Shown piece after piece: positions 17,065-25,609 of a DNA stretch of 32,000 bases; the stretch's first letter is position 1, and every line of letters begins with the position of its first letter. The notes under the pieces were generated by a model that was not told the origin of the DNA, made no database searches, and saw only the letters and a list, made by a program, of their open reading frames with translations. The position numbers and the translations under genes were made by a program. This stretch comes from Candidatus Heimdallarchaeota archaeon (GTDB lineage Archaea; Asgardarchaeota; Heimdallarchaeia; Heimdallarchaeales; Kariarchaeaceae), in contig JASBSB010000003.1 of assembly GCA_030149205.1 (NCBI GenBank), positions 360,001 to 392,000 of the forward strand. Reading direction: 5' to 3'.

Positions 17065-19137
17065 TTAATACTTCTTCTTTCTTATATAGACAAAAACTGT
17101 TATAGCAATACCAAGACTGAAAGTAATTTCAAAACCTGGTAATGGGTTGCTAAAGGTTGGAGCTGCGGAGGATGTCCCGTTTGTTGGTGTTGTTGGAGTT
17201 GTTGTTGTAGCATTGTAACCTGCTGGGACACTGGTTTGACTTGATTTAAAGAGCTTTGGATGAACACTTAATGAGGCCACCATATTAGATTCTGCATTGT
17301 AGCTAGCTTTTAAATCATTTACTGCACCTGGACTAGTTGAACCAGGTAAAGCAAGATTTGCAGTGGCTGTAACTTGTTGATGCTCAATCCTCATTACCAA
17401 GGCACCTGTTGCTTTGTCATAAAGGGTTTCAATATACCCACTAAGAGTTGCGTCAATTTTGATCTTTCCATCTGGACCAGGGATTGAGGTTGAAAATATC
17501 AGTTTGTAACTGTTTCTTACAACCTTAGCATCAATGATATAATCAAAACCATTTACCTTTACTTTTACAAAGCGAGAAGATGTTGAATTACTATCTGCGG
17601 GGATGTTAAATGGTAATGACCCAAATATCATTTGAGCAGGATTATTAGACGGCATCGGACCACTAGATGGTGAGTTTTGATGGTCCATAAAAGGTAAGGT
17701 CATCTGCATTTTGTTATCGTAGGGTGGAGTAACTTCTTGACCTGTGCTTGAAATTGCACGAAATAGACTTACCTGTGAATCATTTACAGGATGAGACATT
17801 AGAGGTTGAGTGTTATTATGCCAGATGCCACTTGGATCTCTGTAAGAATCTGAGGACTTATCTGAGTTCTGACCTATAACTTGAGTATATGCAATTCCCT
17901 CAAGAAATTGATTGTTGTTTCTGAACAATTCTAAACTGAAAGTACCTGAGCCTGAAAATTTGCTAGTTCCCTGCTGTACATTCATCTCTAATCCTGCAGG
18001 TGAGCCAGGAGGACTATTCCTCATCTCAGTGTAAGAGTAGTTCCCATTGTTTGATGAGCTAATCGAATATTCAAGCTTGTCGCCAGCTGTGAGAGGTGCA
18101 GTACCTACAGAAGTTGGGGGCCTTGTGTTCCCATATTGACTGTTGATGAAAGATAAAGTTTGTTGATCATAGTTACTTTCTGTATGATTAGACACCCATG
18201 TTGCTGTAACATTCTTAGTGATCCATGTGTTTGAATACTGATCATACAACTTTACTACTTGAGGTGCCACTGTTGCTTGTCCAGAGAATATGACATTTTC
18301 AGTTGACATAATTTTCACTGGGAGACCTGTTGCAACGTCAACGTAAACATATCTGTAGGAGCTCATGCCAATTGTGTAGGAATAGCTTGCGTTTACAAAA
18401 GGTGCGTTTGGATCGTATTTATCGCCATATTTCACATTTGTATACCCAGTTTGTGTTAAGTTGATGCTCAAATGGGAGGTGATAAGCTTATAGTTGATGT
18501 TCTGAGATGCACCATTAATAACGAAGTTTTGTGAACCAGTAGAAATAGATGTGCTAATATTTCCAATTATGAATGGAGGGAGAGGAAAGACATCTGATGT
18601 GGGTATTGATCTGTTAAAGGTCTTTTGGATCAATTCTGGAAAGATAACTGCATACGAAGCATTTGAAGCATAATGTTCAACTGATGAACTCCCCGTACCC
18701 TGGTTTCCCATTGGGTAAGTATTAGTGTAGTTGTTCCATTGAGGTGTTCTTCCTAAATTGAACTCCTTACTGCTATCTGAGCTGGAACTGTTAGCCGAAG
18801 ACATCATGTTTGAGTGTACCAACAACAAGGTATCGATACCTCTCCAATGCCTAATCACACCTACACCGGTATCACCAGTCATATACTGCAAAGAGTTAAA
18901 GTTGTTGAACTGTTCATGCACTCGATCAAAAACTCCAGTTGTAGCATTTTTTTCTTTTGCTAATACGTGATTGTAATCACTTGAGGAATAATTCCCCCAT
19001 GAATTGAAACTCATGTGATCACCTGTGGCGAGTGTTGTTGTTGCATCGGCTTGAACTACTAATTGCTGTGTCGCAAAGCTAGAGATTAGTAGTAAGCCAA
19101 TTGCAAATAAAACCATGTTTATTTTACGATTATTCAT
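17065..19137 (-). CDS. Secreted surface glycoprotein with PGF-CTERM-like anchor
   Basis: N-terminal signal peptide, many N-x-S/T sequons, Thr/Pro linker, then LPGFE, a TM and RKKKY; AGGTGA SD. Confidence 0.8.
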   Translation of the reverse strand: MNNRKINMVLFAIGLLLISSFATQQLVVQADATTTLATGDHMSFNSWGNYSSSDYNHVLAKEKNATTGVFDRVHEQFNNFNSLQYMTGDTGVGVIRHWRGIDTLLLVHSNMMSSANSSSSDSSKEFNLGRTPQWNNYTNTYPMGNQGTGSSSVEHYASNASYAVIFPELIQKTFNRSIPTSDVFPLPPFIIGNISTSISTGSQNFVINGASQNINYKLITSHLSINLTQTGYTNVKYGDKYDPNAPFVNASYSYTIGMSSYRYVYVDVATGLPVKIMSTENVIFSGQATVAPQVVKLYDQYSNTWITKNVTATWVSNHTESNYDQQTLSFINSQYGNTRPPTSVGTAPLTAGDKLEYSISSSNNGNYSYTEMRNSPPGSPAGLEMNVQQGTSKFSGSGTFSLELFRNNNQFLEGIAYTQVIGQNSDKSSDSYRDPSGIWHNNTQPLMSHPVNDSQVSLFRAISSTGQEVTPPYDNKMQMTLPFMDHQNSPSSGPMPSNNPAQMIFGSLPFNIPADSNSTSSRFVKVKVNGFDYIIDAKVVRNSYKLIFSTSIPGPDGKIKIDATLSGYIETLYDKATGALVMRIEHQQVTATANLALPGSTSPGAVNDLKASYNAESNMVASLSVHPKLFKSSQTSVPAGYNATTTTPTTPTNGTSSAAPTFSNPLPGFEITFSLGIAITVFVYIRKKKY

Positions 19138-19440
19138 TGATTCACCTAGTGATAATAAGTTAATTTCCTTCTAATTAAATCTTACCTAATTTATCATCAT
19201 GCTATTAAATTATCACAATCAAAAATAACAGACCAAAAAACTATATTTCATCACAGATATATTATAAATTGTAGTGGAAATAATCACCTTCAATATAACT
19301 TTTCAATTATAACGAGAACAAGGAAGTCTATGAGAGTTGTCCTTAAAATTTTTAAATTTCGAGATTGTTTTTCTTATGACAGATTGTTAAAATCATGATA
19401 TCATCCATAAATTATTATATATTGTGCTTTAAATTAAATT

Positions 19441-20136
19441 GTGCGATCGGTTGCTGAGATTACCAGAGACATTATTGAGAGAAAACCATTTTTGGAAGAT
19501 GCATTGGTCAGAGGGATAATTAACTTTAATTCACTTGCAGAAGAAATTTTTCCTGAAGTTAAAGAGAAAACTAGAAATTCAGATGTCAAACTGACAACAA
19601 TTGCTATGGCATTGAGAAGGCTCTCAGAAAATTTACAACAAAGAAATATACTTACAATAGAAAAAAAACTCCAAGAATTTGTAGATAGTCAAACAACTCT
19701 AAGATATGACCTATCCGAGACAACATTTGAAATAGATAAAAAATCTTCAGAATTTGGCAATAAAATTGGTCAGATTTACTCTCTTGTTCCGATTGAAAAG
19801 GGTTCCTACCTTTCGATTACAATGGGAACAAACGAGATCACAGTAATTTCTAGATCTAAATATGAAAAGGAGATTTCGAATATACTTAGGGGAGCAAAAA
19901 TAAAATCTAAAGTGAAAAATTTGGCAGCAGTCTCAATTACGATTCCAGAGGATTCATTAGATAACCCTGGATTGTTTTATTATTTTACAAAAGCCCTGAC
20001 GATGGATGGGATAAACATAGTTGAGCTAATTTCTACATTCTCAGAAATGCATTTCATTGTTTATGAGGATGATGTTAGCGAGGCAAGCAAGACACTCCGT
20101 AAAATACTAAGAAAAGTTGAAATTGAAAACTTATAA
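19441..20136 (+). CDS. Archaeal helical/HTH plus ACT-domain regulatory protein
   Basis: N-terminal KPFLEDALVRGIINFNSLAE and C-terminal ACT-like PGLFYYFTKALTMDGINIVELISTFSEMHFIV. Confidence 0.75.
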   Translation: MRSVAEITRDIIERKPFLEDALVRGIINFNSLAEEIFPEVKEKTRNSDVKLTTIAMALRRLSENLQQRNILTIEKKLQEFVDSQTTLRYDLSETTFEIDKKSSEFGNKIGQIYSLVPIEKGSYLSITMGTNEITVISRSKYEKEISNILRGAKIKSKVKNLAAVSITIPEDSLDNPGLFYYFTKALTMDGINIVELISTFSEMHFIVYEDDVSEASKTLRKILRKVEIENL

Positions 20137-20166
20137 AACATGAAAGATTGTGGTCGCACTTATGAT

Positions 20167-21051
20167 TTATAGACTCGATTGTATGATATTCTTGATATAA
20201 TATTCACCAGCCTTATAAGATGACCGGACTAGAGGTCCGGATGCAACATATTTGAAGCCCATTTCAAGCCCAAATTTCTCATATTCTAGAAATTTCTCTG
20301 GAGCCACATATGCTTTCACACTCAAATTTCTAAGGGATGGTCTCATATATTGCCCTATAGTTAAAAAATCGACATCTACATTTCGTAAATCCCTCATTGT
20401 CTCATAAATTTCAGCATCACTCTCTCCTAAACCCACCATGATACTGCTTTTGGTGTAGATTTTTGGATTAAGCTTTTTGATACTCTCCAATACAAACAAG
20501 GACTGTTTATAACCAGCTCTCTTGTCTCTTACCTTCAACTGCAATCGTTGTACTGTCTCTATATTATGTGCTAACACTGCAGGTTGTGAGTCAACTATAG
20601 TTCTTAAAGCTGCAATATCCCCCTCAAAATCTGGAATTAAAATTTCAATCATTATTTCTGGATGCCTAGTATGAACTTCCTTAATGCTTTGGGCTAGGTG
20701 ACCAGCACCACCATCTTTTAGATCATCTCTATCCACAGATGTAAGAACGATATAATCAAGATCCCAATCATCCAAAGCAACTGCTAGATTTCTGGGTTCA
20801 AATGGGTTTAATGGTTTAGGATTCTCTGAGGTTTTAACAGCACAAAATCTACAACCCCTGGTACATGTATCACCCATTAACATAAAGGTTGCTGTTCCTC
20901 CAGACCAACATTCAGTTCTGTTTGGACATTTTGCCTCCTCACAAACAGTGGCGATCTGTGAATTCTTTACAGTCTTGTTAACGACACTGAGTGTTTTTGT
21001 AAAGGTGTGACCACGGTTGGTTAACCAATTCGGGACTTCTAAATTGCCCAT
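20167..21051 (-). CDS. lipA: Lipoyl synthase LipA
   Basis: CEEAKCPNRTEC (auxiliary cluster), CTRGCRFC (radical SAM) and C-terminal RSSY. Confidence 0.96.
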   Translation of the reverse strand: MGNLEVPNWLTNRGHTFTKTLSVVNKTVKNSQIATVCEEAKCPNRTECWSGGTATFMLMGDTCTRGCRFCAVKTSENPKPLNPFEPRNLAVALDDWDLDYIVLTSVDRDDLKDGGAGHLAQSIKEVHTRHPEIMIEILIPDFEGDIAALRTIVDSQPAVLAHNIETVQRLQLKVRDKRAGYKQSLFVLESIKKLNPKIYTKSSIMVGLGESDAEIYETMRDLRNVDVDFLTIGQYMRPSLRNLSVKAYVAPEKFLEYEKFGLEMGFKYVASGPLVRSSYKAGEYYIKNIIQSSL

Positions 21052-21151
21052 TGACCTAGAACCTAATTTATCATTTTTAATTTCATGGGTTGAGTTATAC
21101 CTTACTTATAAAGTTCTGGAGAAAATCATCCACATAAAAAAATTGTTATGA

Positions 21152-22867
21152 TTGATTGAGAGATGTTTCAATATAATTTATAAGGTACAAGGTCAAAATA
21201 TAAATGTGAACCAAGCCCTTGAAGAATTGTTAAGGTCAATAAATAATTTTATACCTAAATTAAACGAGGGATTCCCTGCACTATCTGCAACTACAGTTTT
21301 GAAAAACAGGATGAATGAGGTAAATCAGGAACTTAAAGAACAGTTTGAAGATCCAGACGTAGACAAACCATCAAAGATGGAGGCATTGATCACTTACTAC
21401 AAATCAATTGCCAATGCAACAAACAACATTTCAAAGGTAGGAGTTAAAAAGGAGGCTGTCTTTAGTCTCTTCCTTAAACAAGTACAAGAGTTGCTGACAG
21501 ACAATGATATTTTGGAACATGGAACTCGTTCTCGATTTCTTGATGAGGTGTTTACAGAATCTTATTATCTTGAATTTGACCTCCATAACCTTGAAATATC
21601 CAAGTATACAACAAACCCTCAGGAATGGATAAAAGAATTTCAAACCAAATTAAATAACATAAAATTTTTAACAACAACGCTAGAACAAACTCCATTTATT
21701 GAATTTGATAATTTTGTTGCAATATTTGGAAATGTGATTTTAGCACTCAAAACTACTCTTACGTTAATTGAAGAAATAGATTTTGACGATAGTGATAAAC
21801 TTCAAGAAACTACTAAAGAACGTAATTTTCTGCTGATTGAAGCAATACTCACTTTCTTAAAACATATATTAATTATTTCTGAGAGGGTTAACTTTGAATT
21901 ATTTGAGAATATGTTGTCCTTCATCACAGATAATCTTGAAAATCGAGAATTCATTAAACACATGCTTTCAATTACAAATGAATTCCTAGCTAAATTTCCT
22001 AGCGAATTTATTTCTGAATTCTCATCTCAAAAGTTTGGTGGACCTGACCAGGTTAAAGGTTTTCTAAACTCTGCAAAGATTATTTCTACCTTCTATGAGC
22101 AGTCTGACAAGCTCAAACTACTGCCATATGGTAGTCAGCTCATTAGTGACGAACTACTCCAGATTGCAACAAACATTGAACTCTATTTTAGAGAATTTTC
22201 ATGTAAATCCATCTTTCTTAATAAGATAAATGAAGCTCTGATTAGGTATTACCGGTCAATATACATTATACTTGTTGTCGAATTAGATCACCCAGTTGAA
22301 CGATTCGTCAACCAGATGCAATGGGCAAGTACAATATTTGAAAATGAAGCCTCTACAAATCATGCGATTTTATCATTGTTTGGTACACAACTTGGTTTGA
22401 TTAAATTTGCAACTGATAAAGGAAATATTGAACTATTAAAAGAACAATTAAAGGATTTAGAGAGGTTGTTACAGTCTCACAAAAATCTTGCCCCTTATCC
22501 TAATGTTACAATGAGTTTCTTAACCGATATACTATCATTTGTCCTGAACCATAAATCTGGTGATGAAGTAGAGGGTAACCTTCAGATGACCCTCCTCTCA
22601 GAAACAATCTTCATCCCCAACCACGACCTGATTGAACAGTTTAGAACTTACCTTGCTTACTTCTCTCAGTTTAACTCAGCTATTAAGGATAATCTTCAAA
22701 AACCTAGGTTAGAACTGGAACTGGAGGTATTAAATTCTCAACTTCAATTTTTTGACCCATTCAAAATTTTAGCAACTTTAGACTTTTACACCATCAAAGG
22801 CAATTTTATGGAACTAAAATATCCGATATTTGGATCGCTAGATTTCTCAATATACCAGACGGAATAA
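21152..22867 (+). CDS. Hypothetical all-helical protein (start uncertain)
   Basis: 571-aa ORF with amphipathic helical composition, no recognised motif, TTG start. Confidence 0.75.
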   Translation: MIERCFNIIYKVQGQNINVNQALEELLRSINNFIPKLNEGFPALSATTVLKNRMNEVNQELKEQFEDPDVDKPSKMEALITYYKSIANATNNISKVGVKKEAVFSLFLKQVQELLTDNDILEHGTRSRFLDEVFTESYYLEFDLHNLEISKYTTNPQEWIKEFQTKLNNIKFLTTTLEQTPFIEFDNFVAIFGNVILALKTTLTLIEEIDFDDSDKLQETTKERNFLLIEAILTFLKHILIISERVNFELFENMLSFITDNLENREFIKHMLSITNEFLAKFPSEFISEFSSQKFGGPDQVKGFLNSAKIISTFYEQSDKLKLLPYGSQLISDELLQIATNIELYFREFSCKSIFLNKINEALIRYYRSIYIILVVELDHPVERFVNQMQWASTIFENEASTNHAILSLFGTQLGLIKFATDKGNIELLKEQLKDLERLLQSHKNLAPYPNVTMSFLTDILSFVLNHKSGDEVEGNLQMTLLSETIFIPNHDLIEQFRTYLAYFSQFNSAIKDNLQKPRLELELEVLNSQLQFFDPFKILATLDFYTIKGNFMELKYPIFGSLDFSIYQTE

Positions 22868-22941
22868 TTCTTTTTATTTCTAAATCAACTCAAGGTTGAT
22901 AGAAAACAAAGTTTTTTGAAGCAAAGCTAAGTAACTAGAGT

Positions 22942-23316
22942 ATGGTATACCCATCAAATGAGATAAGAAAGTTTTATATCCCCTTTTACGTCCTATGGAT
23001 GTTTATGATACCCATACTCATACTTTCAACAAATGGGTTTTTTGGATTGTTTAATGGGTTTACAACGCATATATTTGAGAGGATAATTTCCTTTTTCTTA
23101 ATATATGGACTTATATGGCCGGTATCATGGATAACACTATCAGGATTTTATTACAGTATTTATGACAACAATTTTCTCTCGTTATTCGCAATTAGTGTGG
23201 CAATAGCTGGTCCAATCTTGCACCTGGTATGGATATTATTCACCCACAAAAAACTTAGAGAAAAATTAGATGCAAAACATCTCTCATGGGGTGACTTTTT
23301 ATTAAATTATATCTAG
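22942..23316 (+). CDS. Small membrane protein (about 3 TM)
   Basis: Three aromatic-rich hydrophobic stretches in 124 aa. Confidence 0.7.
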   Translation: MVYPSNEIRKFYIPFYVLWMFMIPILILSTNGFFGLFNGFTTHIFERIISFFLIYGLIWPVSWITLSGFYYSIYDNNFLSLFAISVAIAGPILHLVWILFTHKKLREKLDAKHLSWGDFLLNYI

Positions 23317-23329
23317 GGTATTACGAAGA

Positions 23330-24154
23330 ATGAGTGCACCGTTCCTTGCCTCTCTGAAGGTATTGAAGTTTTCCCCTAAAGGTACAGTCATCAGAATTGA
23401 GTACCTTTCAGATATATCAAATAAAAAGACAGTACTTCTGTTTAAAGAGGATCCAAAAAGTGATGATGCTACTGAGATACAAATGGAATCAACTACAGAG
23501 AAGATTCAGAACATGCAGTTCATGAAAGTAGAAATAATTATGGATCAGTTCTTCTACTTCAAAGGGAAAAGTCTAGGTTTAGAGGGATCTGAGGAGATAG
23601 AACCAGGAGAATTCCATAAGATACAGAAGTTTAAGTCTGGTAGAGTTGCATTGGAGGCGGAAGAGGAATATCTTAATTCAATAGAATATGTCCCTTATAT
23701 CCCACTTAACTGGAACCCAGACCTTGAGATGGTCTCAAAAAATTTTATCAAGGAAGATTATTCATCAGATTTTAGACAATTCACTATCAATGTTTTGTTA
23801 TTCGTGATAAAATGGATATATGAGCCTAATCTCCTCTTAATGAGGTTAGACACCCTTATTTCAGAGTTTAACACAAGGTTAAGAGCGGAGGACAGTTTTG
23901 AGCTTGATAAAATATTGAGACCAGCAGGAAAGTTAATGTTCGAAATACTTTATGAAATATTAACATTTGATCGAACTGAAGATGAAAGATTACTTACTGG
24001 AAAGATAGAAAAAGCACAATACAAGGAAAAATTAAAGGGAATCCTGGAAAATTGTGAAAAATCTAAATTCTTTAACCCTGAGCTTGAAATAACTGAACTA
24101 GAGGAAGAACAAGATTCACTCAATAGGCTCGCTGAACTCCTAAAATACCAGTGA
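23330..24154 (+). CDS. Hypothetical acidic protein (beta-rich N-half, helical C-half)
   Basis: 274-aa ORF with 13-bp and 5-bp gaps to same-strand neighbours. Confidence 0.75.
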   Translation: MSAPFLASLKVLKFSPKGTVIRIEYLSDISNKKTVLLFKEDPKSDDATEIQMESTTEKIQNMQFMKVEIIMDQFFYFKGKSLGLEGSEEIEPGEFHKIQKFKSGRVALEAEEEYLNSIEYVPYIPLNWNPDLEMVSKNFIKEDYSSDFRQFTINVLLFVIKWIYEPNLLLMRLDTLISEFNTRLRAEDSFELDKILRPAGKLMFEILYEILTFDRTEDERLLTGKIEKAQYKEKLKGILENCEKSKFFNPELEITELEEEQDSLNRLAELLKYQ

Positions 24155-24159
24155 TTTAG

Positions 24160-24897
24160 ATGCCTAGCCAATATATAATTAAAGCCAAAAAAATCATTGA
24201 TCAAGAAAGAATTGATCGAATCAAGGAGTTCTATAAAAATGAATATAGGCCTGATGCCACTATTCCTTTGAAATTCCGTTTCATCAAATCCTTCATGTTT
24301 GATGAAAATTCAGGACTTTTTATTTGGAGATCACTTCACACATTACTAAACAAAAGGAGATTTAATGAGAATAAGTTAAGAGAAGACATTATCAAAGCAA
24401 TTGACTTAGGCTTTACCCCAATCCGAATCTTTCATTCTGTTTCTAATTGGCTGGCACCAAACGAGATAAGATACACAAAGAGCCAAAATGGCCGACTACT
24501 AAATTCAGGACTTTTTGTTTTAGAATCTGATAAAAATCTTAAGACTTCGATTGAAGTGGCTGCCAAAATTTCTCAAATTTATTCTAACCATAAATTATAC
24601 CTGGTTTTTAGTGGGAATAGATCTATTCATGTTTGGTTTTCAGATTTCGATTTCACACAAATCATAAAAAACCCCACTTTATTAGATAACGAGAAAGATG
24701 ATTTAAAAGCAAGAAGAAAGTTCTTCTATAAACTCCCCACAGATCTGCCTGCTAGACTTGATCCCCAGACATCCATTGATTCTAGGAGGGTCGTCCCAAT
24801 TATTGGAACACTAAATGGATTCACCATGAAAAGGGTGACACTTCTTAAGGAACTTATGGATGAAGAACAAATTCAAATCCAGTCAAAGGTAAATTAA
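24160..24897 (+). CDS. Divergent archaeo-eukaryotic primase small-subunit-like protein
   Basis: FHSVSNW, FVLESD (motif I variant), VFSGNRSIHVW (motif II) and LDPQTSIDSRRVVPIIGTLN (motif III). Confidence 0.7.
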   Translation: MPSQYIIKAKKIIDQERIDRIKEFYKNEYRPDATIPLKFRFIKSFMFDENSGLFIWRSLHTLLNKRRFNENKLREDIIKAIDLGFTPIRIFHSVSNWLAPNEIRYTKSQNGRLLNSGLFVLESDKNLKTSIEVAAKISQIYSNHKLYLVFSGNRSIHVWFSDFDFTQIIKNPTLLDNEKDDLKARRKFFYKLPTDLPARLDPQTSIDSRRVVPIIGTLNGFTMKRVTLLKELMDEEQIQIQSKVN

Positions 24898-24927
24898 TTA
24901 AATTACTAAGATGTAGACGCTATTCCT

Positions 24928-25383
24928 TCACTCGCGAACGTTTCCACCTATTACTAATGCAGCACTGATCAAGACCAAGTTCTTGATTATGTACTGTCCT
25001 TCTAAAGTAGGTACTAGAGGATATACTGAAAAAGTGACTGTTGGTAGCAATACAAGTGGAAGGAAGGTACCACCCATTTGTAAAAACAGTAAGAATATTG
25101 CAATCCTATTGAGAGGTTTGTAAATTAGGCCAATACCTATAATGACTTCCCATATACCAAGAATTGGTATAAAAACATCTGCTGGAATAAAATAGACTGT
25201 TTTTTCTAATAGACTGTTTGCAGAGCTCAACCCAAGGGGCTTTAGCGCTCCAAACCAGATAAAGATAATCCCCATTGACGCTCTCAAAGCGGGAAGACTG
25301 TATTTTTTCATCAGTGAACTAATAAAAATATCAATTTCTGTGTATTTGATTTTGAATTCATCAAGTTTTGTACCCAATGACAC
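24928..25383 (-). CDS. DoxX/YkgB-like membrane protein
   Basis: LRASMGIIFIWFGALK and TLEGQYIIKNLVL; 4 TM. Confidence 0.82.
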   Translation of the reverse strand: MSLGTKLDEFKIKYTEIDIFISSLMKKYSLPALRASMGIIFIWFGALKPLGLSSANSLLEKTVYFIPADVFIPILGIWEVIIGIGLIYKPLNRIAIFLLFLQMGGTFLPLVLLPTVTFSVYPLVPTLEGQYIIKNLVLISAALVIGGNVRE

Positions 25384-25609
25384 ATTATTACTATACTCGC
25401 ATATATTAAAAATTTATTAGATAATTTTGACTATAGTCCGAAGATATCTGAACTTTTTTAGTTGATCTCCAATCAGTTTTTACTTAATTTATCATCATTG
25501 AATTTTTCGAATTATTTAATTTTTTTGTGGGTATTGTTATACATTTCATTCCCTAGAAAAGGTTTTTAATTTTGATACACTATAACAATTTAACTAAGAG
25601 GAAATCCAA

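Noticed and set aside
17170-17220. GTT/GGT-rich low-complexity tract as a microsatellite
   Set aside because: Explained by the Thr/Pro linker codons of the surface protein.
19395-19404. Perfect palindrome ATGATATCAT upstream of the ACT gene
   Set aside because: 10 bp in an AT-rich region; plausible as an operator but unsupported on its own.
25533-25589. 9-bp inverted repeat ATTGTTATA/TATAACAAT flanking the helicase-gene promoter
   Set aside because: AT-rich arms with a 39-bp spacer; expected by chance.
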